Origin: Squalus acanthias | Lineage: Eukaryota | NCBI GenBank assembly: GCA_030390025.1 | Contig: CM059432.1 | Span: 144,896,001-144,960,000 of the forward strand | Direction: 5' to 3' | Length of the DNA: 64,000 nucleotides | Shown here: piece after piece, positions 48,058 through 61,778 of the stretch | Numbering within the stretch: position 1 is the first letter of the stretch | How the letters are laid out: every line of letters starts with the position of its first letter | Translations under genes and position numbers: made by a program | Notes under the pieces: model-generated | Told to the model about the DNA's origin: nothing | The model's input: only the letters and a program-made list of their open reading frames with translations | Databases searched by the model: none

Positions 48058-48456
48058 GCCAATTTGCATTTTTGTAGCGCCTTATCCCCTCTCCCCAACA
48101 TCTCAAAGCACTTGACATACATTGAATTGTTTAGAAGTGTAAGTTCTATTGATATATTGCTGAAAACTGCAATGTTCCAAACCAGCAGTGAGATAAGTGA
48201 GCTAATTGTTTTTTTTTGAAGATGTTGGTAAGGACAGTGGGATAACTCCCTGCTCTTCAAATAGTACCATGGGATCTTTAACATCCACTTGAACAGGCAG
48301 GAGGGCCCTCGGTTTAACATCTCAGACGAAAGATGGCACCTCTGACGATGTAGTACTCCTTCAGTACTGCACTGAAGTGTCAACCTAGATTTTGTGCTTA
48401 AGTCCTTGAGTGGGGGTTGAATCCACAATTATCTGACTCGGGCAAGAGTGCTACTA
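48058..48456 (-). mobile_element. Deu-domain SINE, degenerate copy
   Basis: Reverse-complement similarity to 43230-43612. Confidence 0.7.
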
Positions 48457-49471
48457 AATGAAGCAAGCTGGCACTCCCTGCAGGCTGGTACTAAATACCC
48501 GGTTCATCCTGTAGTTCAACAGAGCATCTGGTGACAGAAAACTGTTAACACACTTGAGCTCAAAACCAGATGGTGTCTTGAACGGTGTACAAACACACTG
48601 TGATAGGGAAATTTTAATGTAGCCAATATAAGCTACCTGACGAATGTCAAAACAGTGCGTCAAATTGTCTCCTAGGTGTGGACCTAGAATTATTTTCCTC
48701 TAAGAATGTGACTTGAGAGAAGATTTAGAAGGTTAATGTCTTGTGGCAGGAAATTGAACTTAACTCCCAGCCTTGCCTTATATAATCAGCTTTAATTTTC
48801 TGCCAGAAATCTTCATTTTAAACCTAGCTTAGGAATACAATGCAAGCTGCTATTGCCTCCAGTAGTTTGCCAGTGGTAAGATTTGCTTGAGATGAATGAT
48901 ATTGCTTCATTTTAATTTGTTGTGTGTTGGTTGAGATCTTGACTTTCTAAAACCGTTTCCTTGTATTAATGGGGATTGGAATCCCTTTCAAATGTGATCA
49001 CCAACGGCAGTGAATGCTAGTCTAGATGTACAGCGTAATTAATTTCAAATAAAATATTCTAGTAAATCTCATTAGTTAGCTTGCCAAATTTCTGAATTTA
49101 TTAAACCAAGTCAGATATGACTGGTGTTTAACGACTTGGAATAGATTTTATTTTGATCACACTGCAAATTGTTGCACAGTGACCAGTCTTCATAATTCTG
49201 TGCGTTCATAGTGGATTTGCTGCAGTAAATTGTCACATCTGTTTCATAAGTTGCGTTCCTGAATAACTAGTGTTAGCTCCACACTGCTGCTGTCTCACTT
49301 CACTGCTCCTTAACCTTTTTTTTATTACACACCTGAAGTATCTAATGATGAGTGTTTTGTGTAAATTTATTGTGTACGAGGAATGAAGCTTTATGTAATT
49401 TTTGTGTAAGCTTTGTTCTGTCGAGTGCCCACTGTACTCATTGTAAATTCCCCTCCACCTGCACCCCACAG

Positions 49472-49570
49472 ATGCCAGAATTCCAGAAGAAAACTGTCCA
49501 CATTAAGGACCCTGAAAGAGTGGAAGAAATCATATGTGGTCTTATCAAAGGAGGCGCTTCTAAACTTCAG
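49472..49570 (+). CDS. NT5C3A: NT5C3A coding exon 2
   Basis: Reads [33 protein letters not shown], bounded by CAG and GTAGG. Confidence 0.97.
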
Positions 49571-50896
49571 GTAGGCAATATGTCTAATGAAGGGCAATAT
49601 TGAGGGAGTTTGGGACCAAAGCTGCAAAGTTCAATCTGGCTTTTAAAACTGGAGGTTTGTTAGATTTATGAGTGTTATTCCTCAGATTATAGCGCCATTG
49701 GAATAGTGTTATCATGGGCCATAGAGGTGAGAGTCACATCCTACATAAAGGGGAAGGAGCTTGTGCAGATGGTTTCCTGGTGGTAGATTTTGACTGAAAA
49801 ACCTTTTGGTACATCTGTGGATCAAGCCTTTTTCCTGCCTTTTGACCCAGTTGCCTCTTGGACTCTGTCTCGAGTGTATTATCTGTACGTGATAGATAGA
49901 AGTTACTGCATGGAAATGGACTGGTTGGGCCGAATGGCCTGTTTCTGTGCTGTATATCCTATGTAATCCTATGAATAGGCTGCAAATTGGTAAACACTAA
50001 TTACTTAAAATATGATCACTGACTAATGTAACTGTAAGCTGCCTCCTTCCTTCCTTTCTCTTGGAATCTGTATGCTTTTAAAACCTCAGCTTGGTATTGT
50101 GATCGCTACTTGATTTGACTTTGTCCTCTCTCCCACTCTCTTTGACTGCGGTGTCCTGGATCACTGGCCTTGGCTTTTCAACTAGGGGTCTCAATTTAAA
50201 AGAAATGTGTAACAGCATTGCACACTTATCTACCTTTTCATGTATGGAAACCCCAACAATTACATAGAATTACGTAGATTTTCTATAAATGAAATGTACC
50301 GAGTGTTTTGCTCTGAAACATCAAAACCTGCTGTACTGCAAATGTATCTGAAAAATTTAATCCTGATATAATGTGGAAATTGTGCCCTAGTGTGGGAAAA
50401 GTGTTTGTAACATAATTAAACAACATGCAATTATGTAGACACTTTAATGTAGAAAACGCCCCAAGGTGTTCACAGATATGAAATGGGTGTTGAGTGGTGT
50501 TAAGAGAATTAGGATACATTGGCAAAAAGACAGGTTTTTAAAAGTAGTGAGACAGAGGGTATTGTTGGGCGGGTTGGGGGGGAGTGGGAGAGAGAGTGGG
50601 GAGTTCGAGAGAGCGGCCGAGATGATTGCGGTTCTGCAGCCAATGGTGGAGTGAAGGGGAGGGGTTTGCACAAGAGGCCAGTGGCAGAGGGAACAGCTTG
50701 GAATGTAGGCTAGAGGAGGTTGTGGAGACGGGTGGAGCGAGCCCATGGAGGGATTTTCAGCAGGACCAGGATTTTGAATTCTGTTGTGGAGGTTGGTGAG
50801 GATAAGTGAATGAATCTTAATGCAGGACAGCATGTAACTCAGGTGTAACTTGGTGTAGGACAGCATGTGAGGTGTAACTTGGTGCAAGGAAGTTTG

Positions 50897-53313
50897 AATC
50901 ATAGAATGGTTACAGCACGGGGGAAGGCCATTTGGCCCGTTGAGCCCGTGCCGACTCTCAGCTAGTCCCACTCCCCCACCCTTTCCCCGTAGTCCTGCAA
51001 TTTTTTTTCCTTCAGATACTTATCCAACTCCCTTTTGAAAGCCGTGATTGAGTCTGCCTCCACCACCCTTTCAGGCAGTGCATTCCAGATCTTAACCACT
51101 CGCTGCGTAAAAATGTTTTTCCTTGCGTCGCTTTTGGTTCTTTTGCCAATCACCTTAAATCTGTGTCCTCTGGTTCTCGACCCTTCTGCCAATGGGAACA
51201 GTTTCTCTCTATCTACCCTGTCCAGACCACTCATGATTTTGAACACCTCTATCAAATCTCCTCTCAATCTTCTCTGCTCCAAGGCGAACAACCATAGCTT
51301 CTCCAGTCTATCAACGTAACTGATGTCACCTCATTCCTGGAATCATTCTCGTAAACCTTCTCTAAGGCCTTCACATACTTCCTAAAGTGTGGTGCCCAGA
51401 ATTGGACATAGTACTCGAGTTGGGGCCGAACCAGTGTTTTATACAGGTTCATCATAATTTCCACACTTTTGTACTCTATACCTCTATTTATGAAGCCCAG
51501 GATCCCGTAAGCCTTTTTAACTGCTTTCTCAACCTGCCCTGCCACCTTCAACGATTTGTGCACACATACCCCCAGGTCTCTCTGTTCGTGCACCCCTTTT
51601 AGGATTGTACCCTTTAGTTTATATGTTCTCACCCCGTTCTTTCTACCAAAATGTATCACTTTACATTTTTCTGCGTTAAATTTCATCTGCCACGTGTCCG
51701 CCCATTTCACCAGCCTGTCTATGTCTTCCTGAAGTCTATCACTCTCCTCCTCACTGTTCACTATACTTCCAAGTTTTGTGTCATCTGCAGATTTTGAAAT
51801 TGTGCCCTGTACATCCACGTCCAAGTCATTTAATATATATCAAGAAAAGCAGTGGTCCTAGAACCGACCCCTGTGGAACACCACTGTGTACATTCCTCCA
51901 GTCCGAAAAACAACCGTTCACCACTACTCTCTGTTTCCTGTCACTTAGCCAATTTCGTATCCATGCTGCCACTGTCCCTTTTATTCCATGGGCTTCAACT
52001 TTGCTGGCATGCCTATTATGTGGCACTTTGTCGAACGCCATGTCAACCACATTGCCCTCATCAACCCTCTCTTACCTCATCAAAAAACTCAATCAAGTTG
52101 GTTAAACACGATTTTCCTTTAACAAATCTGTGCTGGCTTTCCTTAATTAATCCACACCTATCCAAGTGACTGTAAATTTTGTCCCTGATTACTGTTTCTA
52201 GAAGCTTCCCCACTACCGAGGTTAAACTGACTGGCCTGTAGTTGCTGGGTTTATCTTTACACCCTTTTTTGAACAATGGTGTAACATTTGCAATTCTCCA
52301 GTCCTCTGGCACCACCCCCGTATCTATGGAGGATTGGAATATTATGGCCAGTACCTCCGCAATCTCCTCCCTCAATTCCCTCAGCCTCCTAGGATGCATC
52401 CCATCCGCTCCTGGTGATTTATCTACTTTAAGTAAAGCCAGCCTTTCTAATACTTCTTCTTTATCAATTTTTAACCTATCAAGTGTCTCCACTACCTCCT
52501 CCTTCACTATGTCTATGGCAGCATCCTCTTCCTTGGTGAAGACAGATGCAAAGTGCTCGTTTAGTACCTCAGCCATACCCTCTGCCTCCATGCATAGGTC
52601 TCCTTTTTGGTCCCTAATCGGCCCCACCACTCCTCTTACCACCCTTTTTACTATTTATATGCCTATAGAAGACTTTTGGATTACCTTTTATGTTGGCTGC
52701 CATTCTATTCTCATACCCTCTCTTTGCCCCTCTTATTTTCTTTTCCACTTCTCCTCTGACCTTTCTATATATAGCCTGATTCTCAGATGTATTTGCAACC
52801 TGACATCTGTCATACACGCTCTTTTTCTGCTTCATATTCTCTATCTCTTTTGTCATCCAGGGAGCCCTGATTTTAGTTGCCCTGCCTTTCCCCCTAGTGG
52901 GAATGTACCTCAACTGCACCTGAATTATTTCCTCTTTAAAGGCAGCCCATTGTTTCATTACAGTTTTGCCTGCCAATCTTTGATTTCAGTTTACCTGGGC
53001 CAGATCCGTTCTCATCCCACTGAAATTGGCCTTCCCCCAGTTAAACATTTTTACTCTAGATTGCTCCCTGTCCTTTCCCATTGCTAATCTAAACCTTATG
53101 ATACTATCATCACTGTTCCCTAAATGTTCACCAACTGACACTTGCTCCACTTGACCCACCTCATTCCCCAGAACCAGATCCAACAACGTCTCCTCCCTCG
53201 TCGGGCTGGAAACGTACTGATCAAGAAAGTTCTCCTGAACACACTTCAGAAATTCTTCCCCTTCTTTGCCCTTTACACTATTACGATCCCAGTGTATGTT
53301 AGGATAGTTGAAG
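50897..53313 (-). mobile_element. CR1 LINE ORF2, degenerate
   Basis: EN-RT peptide fragments, highly similar to 4373-6610 and 58490-59950. Confidence 0.92.
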
Positions 53314-53892
53314 TTATGGTAAACCTTTATAAATCACTGATTAGGCCTCATCTGGAGTATTGTGGCCAATTCTGGGCACCACATTTTAGGAAGGATGTCA
53401 AGGCCTTGGGGAGGATGCAGAGGAGATTTGCTAGAATAGTACCAGGGATGCGAAACTTTAGTTCTGTGGAGAGACTAGAGAAGCTGGGATTGTTCTCCTT
53501 GGAGCAGAGAAGGTTAAGGGGAGATTTAATAGAGATGTTCAAAATTATATGGGGTTTCGGTAGAGTAGATGGGGAGAAATTGTTTCCACTGGTAGAAGGG
53601 TAGGTAACCAGAGGACACAGATTTAAGATAATTTGCAAAAGAACCAGAGGGGAGATGAGATTTTTTTTTTTTTTTTTTACGCAGTGAGTTACGATCTGGA
53701 ATACACTGTCTGAAAGGGTGGTGGAAGCAGATTCAATAGTAACTTTCAAAAGGGAATTGGATATACATCTGAAAAGGAAAATTTGAAGGCTATGGGGAGA
53801 GCGGGGAAGTGGGACTAATTGGATAGCTCTTTCAAAGCGCCGGCACGGGCTCGATAGACCGAATGGCTGCCTTCTGTGCTGTAAGATTCTCT
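53312..53892 (+). mobile_element. CR1 LINE 3' end
   Basis: LYKSLIRPHLEYCGQFWAPHF peptide plus a 3'UTR. Confidence 0.88.
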
Positions 53893-54672
53893 GACAGTAT
53901 GTGAGGTGCCACTTCATTTTAAGTGTCATATTTACATTCAATATATAAAATATCAAAGTTTAATAGCTATAATGTTATAAATACATCTTAAGTAAAATAG
54001 GTGATTGTAGCACAGATTACAAAACTACAATTTGTTTCTAAACCTGTGACATTCTGTAGCGTGTTGGTAATCTTATTTATGAAACTTTGTGGTATTGCAT
54101 TCTGTTTCATGAAAACTTTTGCAGAATTACAGCACTGAAGTGTCTAGTGTGGGCAGCTCCCTCCTTTTTGTTTTTGAGGGCCATGTAGGTTCATGTTATG
54201 GAGCCACTGGGGGTCACATATAAAATACTAATCAATTAACCATTCATTTGTATATATAACAAGCTGCTGATCTTGGTCCTCTGATTCATAGTTTATTCAC
54301 CAGTGAGACAACAGTGCTAAGAACAGCCCCTTCCATTCCTCCAGACCCACAGATTAAAGCGGATAAGAAATATAAATGCCAATAGAACTGAGTTCAGGAT
54401 GCTGGGTAGCCAAAAGCCTGGGGTCAGGTCACAAAGCTAGAGGCCGTAGTTTGGACACCCTGATCTAGTGCAATGTAGTATCCAGTACTTGGTAATATTG
54501 TCGGAAGCTATGGACCAATTGGAAAAGGTGTTTGCATGGATATTAACTTGCTGTAAATAGTAATATCCTGGTATTTTTTTAATGCTTCATGGCCATATGC
54601 TGTGAATATTGTAAGTGTGCAGTAGTCTCCAATACTAATTGTGTGTTTTTAAATGCTCTTAATGTTTGGCAG

Positions 54673-54742
54673 ATAATCACAGACTTTGATATGACACTAA
54701 GCAAGTTCTTGCACAATGGGAAAAGATGTCCAACCTGTCACA
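54673..54742 (+). CDS. NT5C3A: NT5C3A coding exon 3 (HAD motif I DxDxT)
   Basis: Reads [27 protein letters not shown] bounded, 70 bp. Confidence 0.97.
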
Positions 54743-55237
54743 GTAGGTACTTTGATGTAATGGCAAAATTCTGTGGTCGGATGATTTCGTGCCTTCATGT
54801 TGCTGGGAAGCAGGAGATTTGTGCCCACAAAGCTCTGTCCTGGCACCTCAATGCTGAGCTTTTACTAAGCTGCATTGTTCATTCTTGTCGTCAGATACTT
54901 TTAGTTCATTTTCAAATTGGGTTTACTGATACCCTTGTTTTATTGGGATTTTTAAGTCCCATTATAAATATAGTGGTGTAAAAATCCAAATGAGTTGCTG
55001 AGCTGCGATTGGCTAACCCAGTGTGCTAGTCTACCAAGAGAACCATGCACTGGCTCCAGTTTAACAGATGATGACTCCCAAAAAGCTAATGTGTATCAAG
55101 ACATGTTTTGGAACCGCTCGGGTTTTACCATCGAGTCCAACTCATCCTTCTATTCAAAAGTTCTACGTCAACAGTGTCTGGGTTTTTCCATGTGGCGATG
55201 TCTATCTGGTTGCGTTTTTAATAAGGTTTTCCCATTA

Positions 55238-56085
55238 ATAAGAACATAAGAAATAGGAGCAGGAGTAGGCCATTCGACCCTTTGAGCCTGCTCCGCCATT
55301 CAGTAAGATCATGGCTGATCTTCTACCTCAACTCCACCTTCCCGCACTATTCCCATATCCCTTGGTTCCCTTAGTATCCAAAAATCTATCAATCTCAGTC
55401 TTGAATATACTCAACAACTGAGCATCTACAGCCCTCTGGGGTAGACAATCCCAAAGATTCACAACCCTTTGAATGAAGAAATTTCTCCTCATCTCAGTTC
55501 TAAATGGCCAACCCCTTATTCTGAGATTGTGACCTCTAGTTCTAGACTCCCCAGCCAGGGGAAACATCCTCCCAGCATCTACCCCGTCAAGCCCTGTAAG
55601 AATTTTATATGATTCAGTGAGATCACCTCTCATTCATCTAATCTCTAGGGAATATAGGCCTAGTCGACTCAATCTCCCCTCATAGGACAATCCCCCCATC
55701 CCTGGAATCAGTCTAGTAAACCTGCGTTGCACTCCCTCTAAGGCAAGTATATCCTTCCTTTGGTACGGAGACCAAAACTGTACACAGTAGTCCAGGTGTA
55801 GTCTCACCAAGGCCCTATATAATTGCAGTAAGACTTCTTTACTCTTGTACTCTAATCCTTTTGTAATAAAGGCTAGCATACAATTTGCTTTCCTAATTAC
55901 TTGCTGTACCTGCATGTTAACTTTCTGTGATTCGTGTACAAGGGCACCCAGGTCCCTCAATACTAACATTGCCCAGTCTCTCTCCATTTAAAAAATGTTC
56001 TGCTTTTCTATTTTTCCTACCAAAGTATATAACTTTACACTTCTCCACATTCCAACTACCACGCCCTTGCCCAGTCACTTAACCT
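55238..56085 (-). mobile_element. CR1 LINE 3' end
   Basis: ORF2 C-terminal peptides and a TTATGTTC tail. Confidence 0.9.
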
Positions 56086-56531
56086 GACTTATTAATGTGG
56101 CAGCCTGTGACTCTGTCGTTTCTCTGCAACCACTGGTGACATTGTTAGGCAGATTCATCAACCGTCGCCTGACCTTTTTTCATCCACCATTTGCCAACTG
56201 CAGTGGTCCTACCATTGCTCTGCCCAAGAACAATGAACTGAGCACAGATCATCACAGACCTTCTTGGTCTGTATGACCCTGCTTACTGATGTGCAGCAAT
56301 TTATATGTTGGGTTACCGTAGCATTGGTAGCCTGCGATCAATCATGATAACTAAGTTTCTTGACCATGTACAGTGTAGAACAGAACATTGCTATATAAGC
56401 ATTAAGTCCATACAGCTATAACAAATAGAAGAACTAGAATTATAAAATTTGAAATTATGCAATTGAGTTTTGATACATATAGTTGAACATTAATAATTTT
56501 ATTCCCTTTAACATTTTTTTAATTTTGACAG

Positions 56532-56578
56532 ACATCATTGACAACTGCAAGTTAATCACAGAGGACTGTAGGAAAAAG
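56532..56578 (+). CDS. NT5C3A: NT5C3A coding exon 4
   Basis: Reads (N)IIDNCKLITEDCRKK, AG/GT bounded, 47 bp. Confidence 0.95.
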
Positions 56579-56660
56579 GTATTTTTTTCAACAACAAAAA
56601 ATTTTATTTTCTTTCACGTGACATGCTTTCATTTTTAATTTGCATTTTTCTTTCTTGTAG

Positions 56661-56746
56661 TTGCTCCAAATTAGGAATACGTACTATCCGATTGAAGTTG
56701 ATCCTGCCATTAGTTCTGAGGAAAAGTACCCTTTCATGGTTGAATG
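56661..56746 (+). CDS. NT5C3A: NT5C3A coding exon 5
   Basis: Reads [28 protein letters not shown](W), following an 82-bp GT-AG intron. Confidence 0.96.
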
Positions 56747-57025
56747 GTATGTTCTTGACTTGTACTTTCATACAAATTTTGAATCTGAAAAAGTAGTTGT
56801 ATCTTCATCTAATATCAAACAACCTAATGATCTGTCCTGCAAAACGATGGCTCCAAGTGTGATCAAGAAACTGTTGGTTTCTCTCATTACAGTAAAGCAA
56901 TATTGCTGTCCTTTCCAGAAGTGGCATTTTTGGTCATTTGTTCTTGGGATTTTAGGTGATGTTGGCAAGGCCACATTTATAACAGTTGCCTTGAGTAGGT
57001 CTTCTCATGAGAAGGCGGCAGTGGG

Positions 57026-57179
57026 CAACGTTCCCTTTAAGCTGCGCAGCCGTGCTTGCGCTCTGCAGCTCCCGCGCAGCCAGCTCACCGGCTTTTAAAT
57101 GGGAAATACCGCGCATGCTCGGTATTTTGAATGGGCCGTGCAGTCCCTAAAAAAAAAAAACACATTAAAGGGGACATTG
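57026..57179. mobile_element. hAT-type MITE, copy 2
   Basis: Termini CAACGTTCCCTTTAA...TTAAAGGGGACATTG with an 8-bp TSD (GCAGTGGG/GCGGTGGG). Confidence 0.7.
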
Positions 57180-58194
57180 GCGGTGGGCGATCAGCTTTGC
57201 AGCCTTCGCTGGTAGTGAGTGGCCAGCTAGGTCATATCAGAGAGTATTAAGAGTCAACCTATGTCTCTACGTAGCCACGTGGTGTGGGACTGGAGAGATA
57301 TGTTTCGTCAAATTTCATTTTTCACACTGCAACCCCATTTGAAAAATAGTTGCTAACCTCTCAGTTGGGATCAATGTTGCTTTTAACACAAAATCAATCT
57401 CTTTGAATCATTTTTTTTTTTAAAGTTAATTTTTATTAACTTGAAGGTAAACTCTGCTTTGTTTTTCTCTCTGGGCTGCCACAGACATCCTGTTTACCTG
57501 TTTTGCCTGCTTAAGGACCTCTTGTCAGAGCCACTCTGAGCCAGTCCCCAAAGGGCACAGGGTAGCAACCCGAGAATGACTGCTAAGGATTCCCCCACCG
57601 TCCCAGCCTGCACTCGGTGCCAGCCTCCTGCCTTTTGTGGGGGGGGGGGGCTTTGAGCCTGTGTGTATTCACTGTGTTACAAGTCCAGCAATAAAGATAG
57701 ATATGACATTTAAATCATTATTGAAGGGAAAATGGTATTTTGTTTAAAACTGACATTTTTTTCAAGTCTGTGCTAATAATGAAGGAAATCCCTTCCGTGT
57801 GTCGATTTTCTTGTTTCCCTCTACTGTGAGAACCTCTATTTAACATCTTGATTGAAAACCAGTGTTTGTAGGTATGTTCAAGTGATTGGGTTTACAAGCT
57901 GTATAGTGTGTATTATACTCCAAATCAAAGACAATATCAGTTCCTTGATCTGTTCTTTAATGTATAGAATGAAGGGTGCAGTCAATTTTAACTGACTTTT
58001 TTTTTTAAGTAATGCTCTTTGAGACTAGCCAGCTGAAATGGTTGTGTTTCATGATTTACAATTCAGTTTTTGATTGACAACGTATCTCTACAGTGAGATA
58101 AAAGGAATTCCTTCCTTAAGTTCTCTGTATTTTTTGTGTGCTTCCGGTATTGTATGTAGCACTAGCTTTCTAAATAAAAACTCCTCTTGTACAG

Positions 58195-58284
58195 GTGGAC
58201 AAAAGCCCACAATTTACTGATTGAACAAGGTATTGAGAAAGGGAAACTTGCGGCCGTGGTGAGGGAATCGGACGTGATGCTGAG
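58195..58284 (+). CDS. NT5C3A: NT5C3A coding exon 6
   Basis: Reads (W)WTKAHNLLIEQGIEKGKLAAVVRESDVML(R), bounded by CAG and GTACTG, 90 bp. Confidence 0.95.
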
Positions 58285-58489
58285 GTACTGCAAGGGCTTC
58301 GGATGAGGTGGAGGGTGCAGTCCGTGATTAGCACAGAAATGTAGAATAACACGAGCAATTCATTCCAGCATCGCATTTTATAAATGTTTTATTGTACAGT
58401 AACAGAAGTATTTAAACGGATCTTAAATAGATTGCCACTCTGTGGTTATATGATCGTCCAGCAGTATGTTCTGCAGTGTTAGACTGTTA

Positions 58490-59950
58490 GAATCATAGAA
58501 TGGCCGCCTTCTGTGCTGTAACGATTCAGCCCGTCTAGCCGGTGCTGACTCTCAGCTAGTCCTAGTCCCACTCCCCCCGCAGCCCTGCAAAATTTTTTCC
58601 TTCAGATACTTATCCAACTCACTTTCCAAAGATAAGATTGGGTCTGCCTCCACCACCCTTTCAGGAAGTGCATTCTTAACCACTCGCTGCATAAAAAAGT
58701 TTTTTCTTACGTCGCCTTTGGTTCTTTTGCCAATCACCTTAAATCTGTGTCCTCTGGTTCTTGACCCTTCTGCCAATGGAACAGTTTCTCTCTGTCTACT
58801 CTGTCCAGACCACTCATGATATTGAACACCTCTATCAAATCTCCTCTCAGTATTCTCTGCTCCAAGGAGAACAACCCCAGCTTCTGCAGTCTATCAACGT
58901 AATTGAAGTCCCTCATTTTGGAATCATTCTCGTAAATCTTTTCTGCACCTTCTCTAAGGCCTTCACATCTTTCCTAAAGTGTGGTGCCCAGAATTGGACA
59001 CAATACTCCAGTTGGGGCCGAACTAGTGTTTTATACAGGTTCATCATAATTTCCACGCTTTTGTACTCTATACCTCTACTTATGAAGCCCAGGATCTCGT
59101 AAGCCTTTTTAACTGCTTTCTCAACCTGCCCTGCCACCTTCAACGATTTGTGCACACATACCCCCAGGTCTCTCTGTTCGTGCACTCCCTTTAGGATTGT
59201 ACCATTTAGTTTATATGTCCTCTCCTCATTCTTTCTACCAAAATGTATCACTTCGCACTTTTCTGCATTAAATTTCATCTGCCACGTGTCCACCCATTTC
59301 ACCAGCCTGTCTGTCTTCCTGAAGTCTATCACTCTCCTCCTCACTGTTCACTATACTTCCAAGTTTTGTCATCTGCAAATTTTGAAATTGTGCCCTGTAC
59401 ACCCAAGTCATTAATATATATCAAGAAAAGCAGTGGTCCTAGTACCGAACCCTGGGGAACACCACTGTGTACCTTCCTCCAGTCCGAAAAACAACCGTTC
59501 ACCACTACTCTCTGTTTCCTGTCACTTAGCCAATTTCGTATCCATGCTGCCACTGTCCCTTTTATTCCATGGGCTTCAACTTTGCTGGCATGCCTATTAT
59601 GTGGCACTTTGCCGAACGCCTTTTGGAAATCCATGTACACTACGTCAACTGCATTACCCTCATCAACCCTCTCTGTTACCTCATCAAAAAACTCAATCAA
59701 ATTAGTTAAGCACGATTTGCCTTTAACAGATCTGTGCTTGCTTTCCTTAATTAATCCACACCTATCCAAGTGACTGTAAATTTTGTCCCTGATTACAGTT
59801 TCTAAAAGCTTCCCCACTACCGAGGTTAAAGTGACTGGCCTGGGTTTATCTTTACACCCTTTTTTGCAATTCTCTAGTCCTCTGGCACCACCCCCCGTAT
59901 CTATGGAGGATTGGAATATTATGGCCAGTACCTCCTCGGTTTTCGCCCTC
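58490..59950 (-). mobile_element. CR1 LINE 3' half
   Basis: RT peptides [13 protein letters not shown] and KFADD. Confidence 0.92.
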
Positions 59951-61116
59951 AATTTCTATTTAAATATTCCATACAGGTATTTTAGAGACTTGAGCTATAA
60001 AAATGGGCAGAGAGAGCTAACACCTTGGACAGTTCAGCTGTGTCATTTGGTATGACAGTATTAGCACTTCACGTATAATCACACATTTATAAGATCATCT
60101 TCGATGCTTGCCAGTATAGTTTAGTTACCTCACAGAATATTATTTTAAGAGTTATTTAAATATGAAATCTGAAGAATTTGTCTCAATTCTACATAATTGT
60201 GTGGTGACCTTCAGTTGAGGTTGGTTGTAATGTAGCAGCTGCCAGGTTTGATTGGAAGGTCACTGTTGCGGCATTGAGTTGCACAGTTCACATGCAGCGA
60301 GAAACCTGAGAAAGGTCTAGGTTCAGTGCTTGATTTTTTGTGTGGTGACAATTAGACCTCTAGATATTCCAGGTTCACAAACTTTTACAGCAAAATGGTA
60401 TAAAGAAACTTGTGCCCAGATAGTGAGGTGAGAGGGTGTTAAAAAGTGTCTGTATGATAAATAATAAGAGAAGCTACATCGCAATACCATAACCCTTGTG
60501 TTTTGGAGAAATTGTGTGAAACCATAGACTTCTGAAGTATACAGTGCTCAATTGACTCTGAAGATAACCTGTGCTTTGACTGGGGGTATTTTGTACTAAT
60601 CATGCTACCAAGCTGAAATTTGCAATAGGAGTATACTACTCCCTCCCTCCCTCCCTCCCTCCCTCCCCCTCCCTCTCTCTCTCTCTCCCCTCAACCACCC
60701 CGCCCCCCTCCCGAAGATACCTTCACTCCTCCGCCTATCATACCACTCTGCATGCTATATACCATTGCTGACTGAGGGGAATGTGATTGACTTATTCCCG
60801 TATCTCTGTTCGTGTTGATGTTGAATCTGCTAATAGGAGCTGCATGAAAAATGGCACTGGGTGACTCCCCCTTCCTCCATTCCAAATGGTTGATTTGGCT
60901 GAGATCCAGCACTTGTTTGGGGAAGTACAGAGTTGTACCATAGTCCTAGAGTCTGCATCATTATGAATGTAAAATAAAGCAAAAGTGTCTATTAAAAGCA
61001 AATGCTGTGACTGGCCCTTCCTTCAAGGGTTAATTACGATAGCTATGTTTTTTTTTAAATTGTTGAATCAGATTTGGTTTGAGCTTTGTGACTTGAAATG
61101 TGCTGTCCCATTCCAG

Positions 61117-61279
61117 AGATGGTTATGAGCTGTTCTTTGATAAGCTGAACGAACACAACATCCCAGTATTCATATTCTCGGCTGGTATTGGTGATATACT
61201 GGAGGAGATTGTTACTCAGGCTGGTGTCTTTCACTCGAATGTGAAAGTAGTCTCCAACTTCATGGACTTTGATGAGAAG
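61117..61279 (+). CDS. NT5C3A: NT5C3A coding exon 7
   Basis: Reads [54 protein letters not shown], bounded by CCAG and GTAAGT. Confidence 0.97.
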
Positions 61280-61577
61280 GTAAGTTGGCCGTCTTAATGT
61301 TTAATTCTGTGTGCTACAATTCTTTGCAATATTGGGAAGTTAATAACCCAATGCAAGAAAGAAAGAACTTGCATTTATATAGCCCCTGTGAAAGATGTTT
61401 AACTTTGAGCCGCTGAATCACATTTTTAGTCAGTTATAGTTTTAAAGGGTGAAAGGCATGCAGTTTTTTATGATCAAAATAAGTCGTCCTACATCTTACA
61501 AGCTCATGATAACTGGAGTCTTTGCTATTAGCTTAATGAGATAATCAAAGTCATTCAGCTGAGCTTTTTTATTTCAG

Positions 61578-61778
61578 GGTGTTCTGAAAGGCTTTAAAGG
61601 TGAACTCATCCATGTTTACAATAAACACGATGGAGCCTTAAGGAGCTCGGAGTACTTCAACCAACTAAAGGAGAATTGTAACATCATTCTTCTAGGCGAT
61701 TCATTGGGTGACTTGAGTATGGCAGATGACGTTCAAAATGTCGAAAGCATTCTCAAGATTGGATTCTTAAATGATAAA
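61578..61778 (+). CDS. NT5C3A: NT5C3A coding exon 8
   Basis: Reads [67 protein letters not shown], including HAD motif IV (GDSxGD). Confidence 0.97.
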
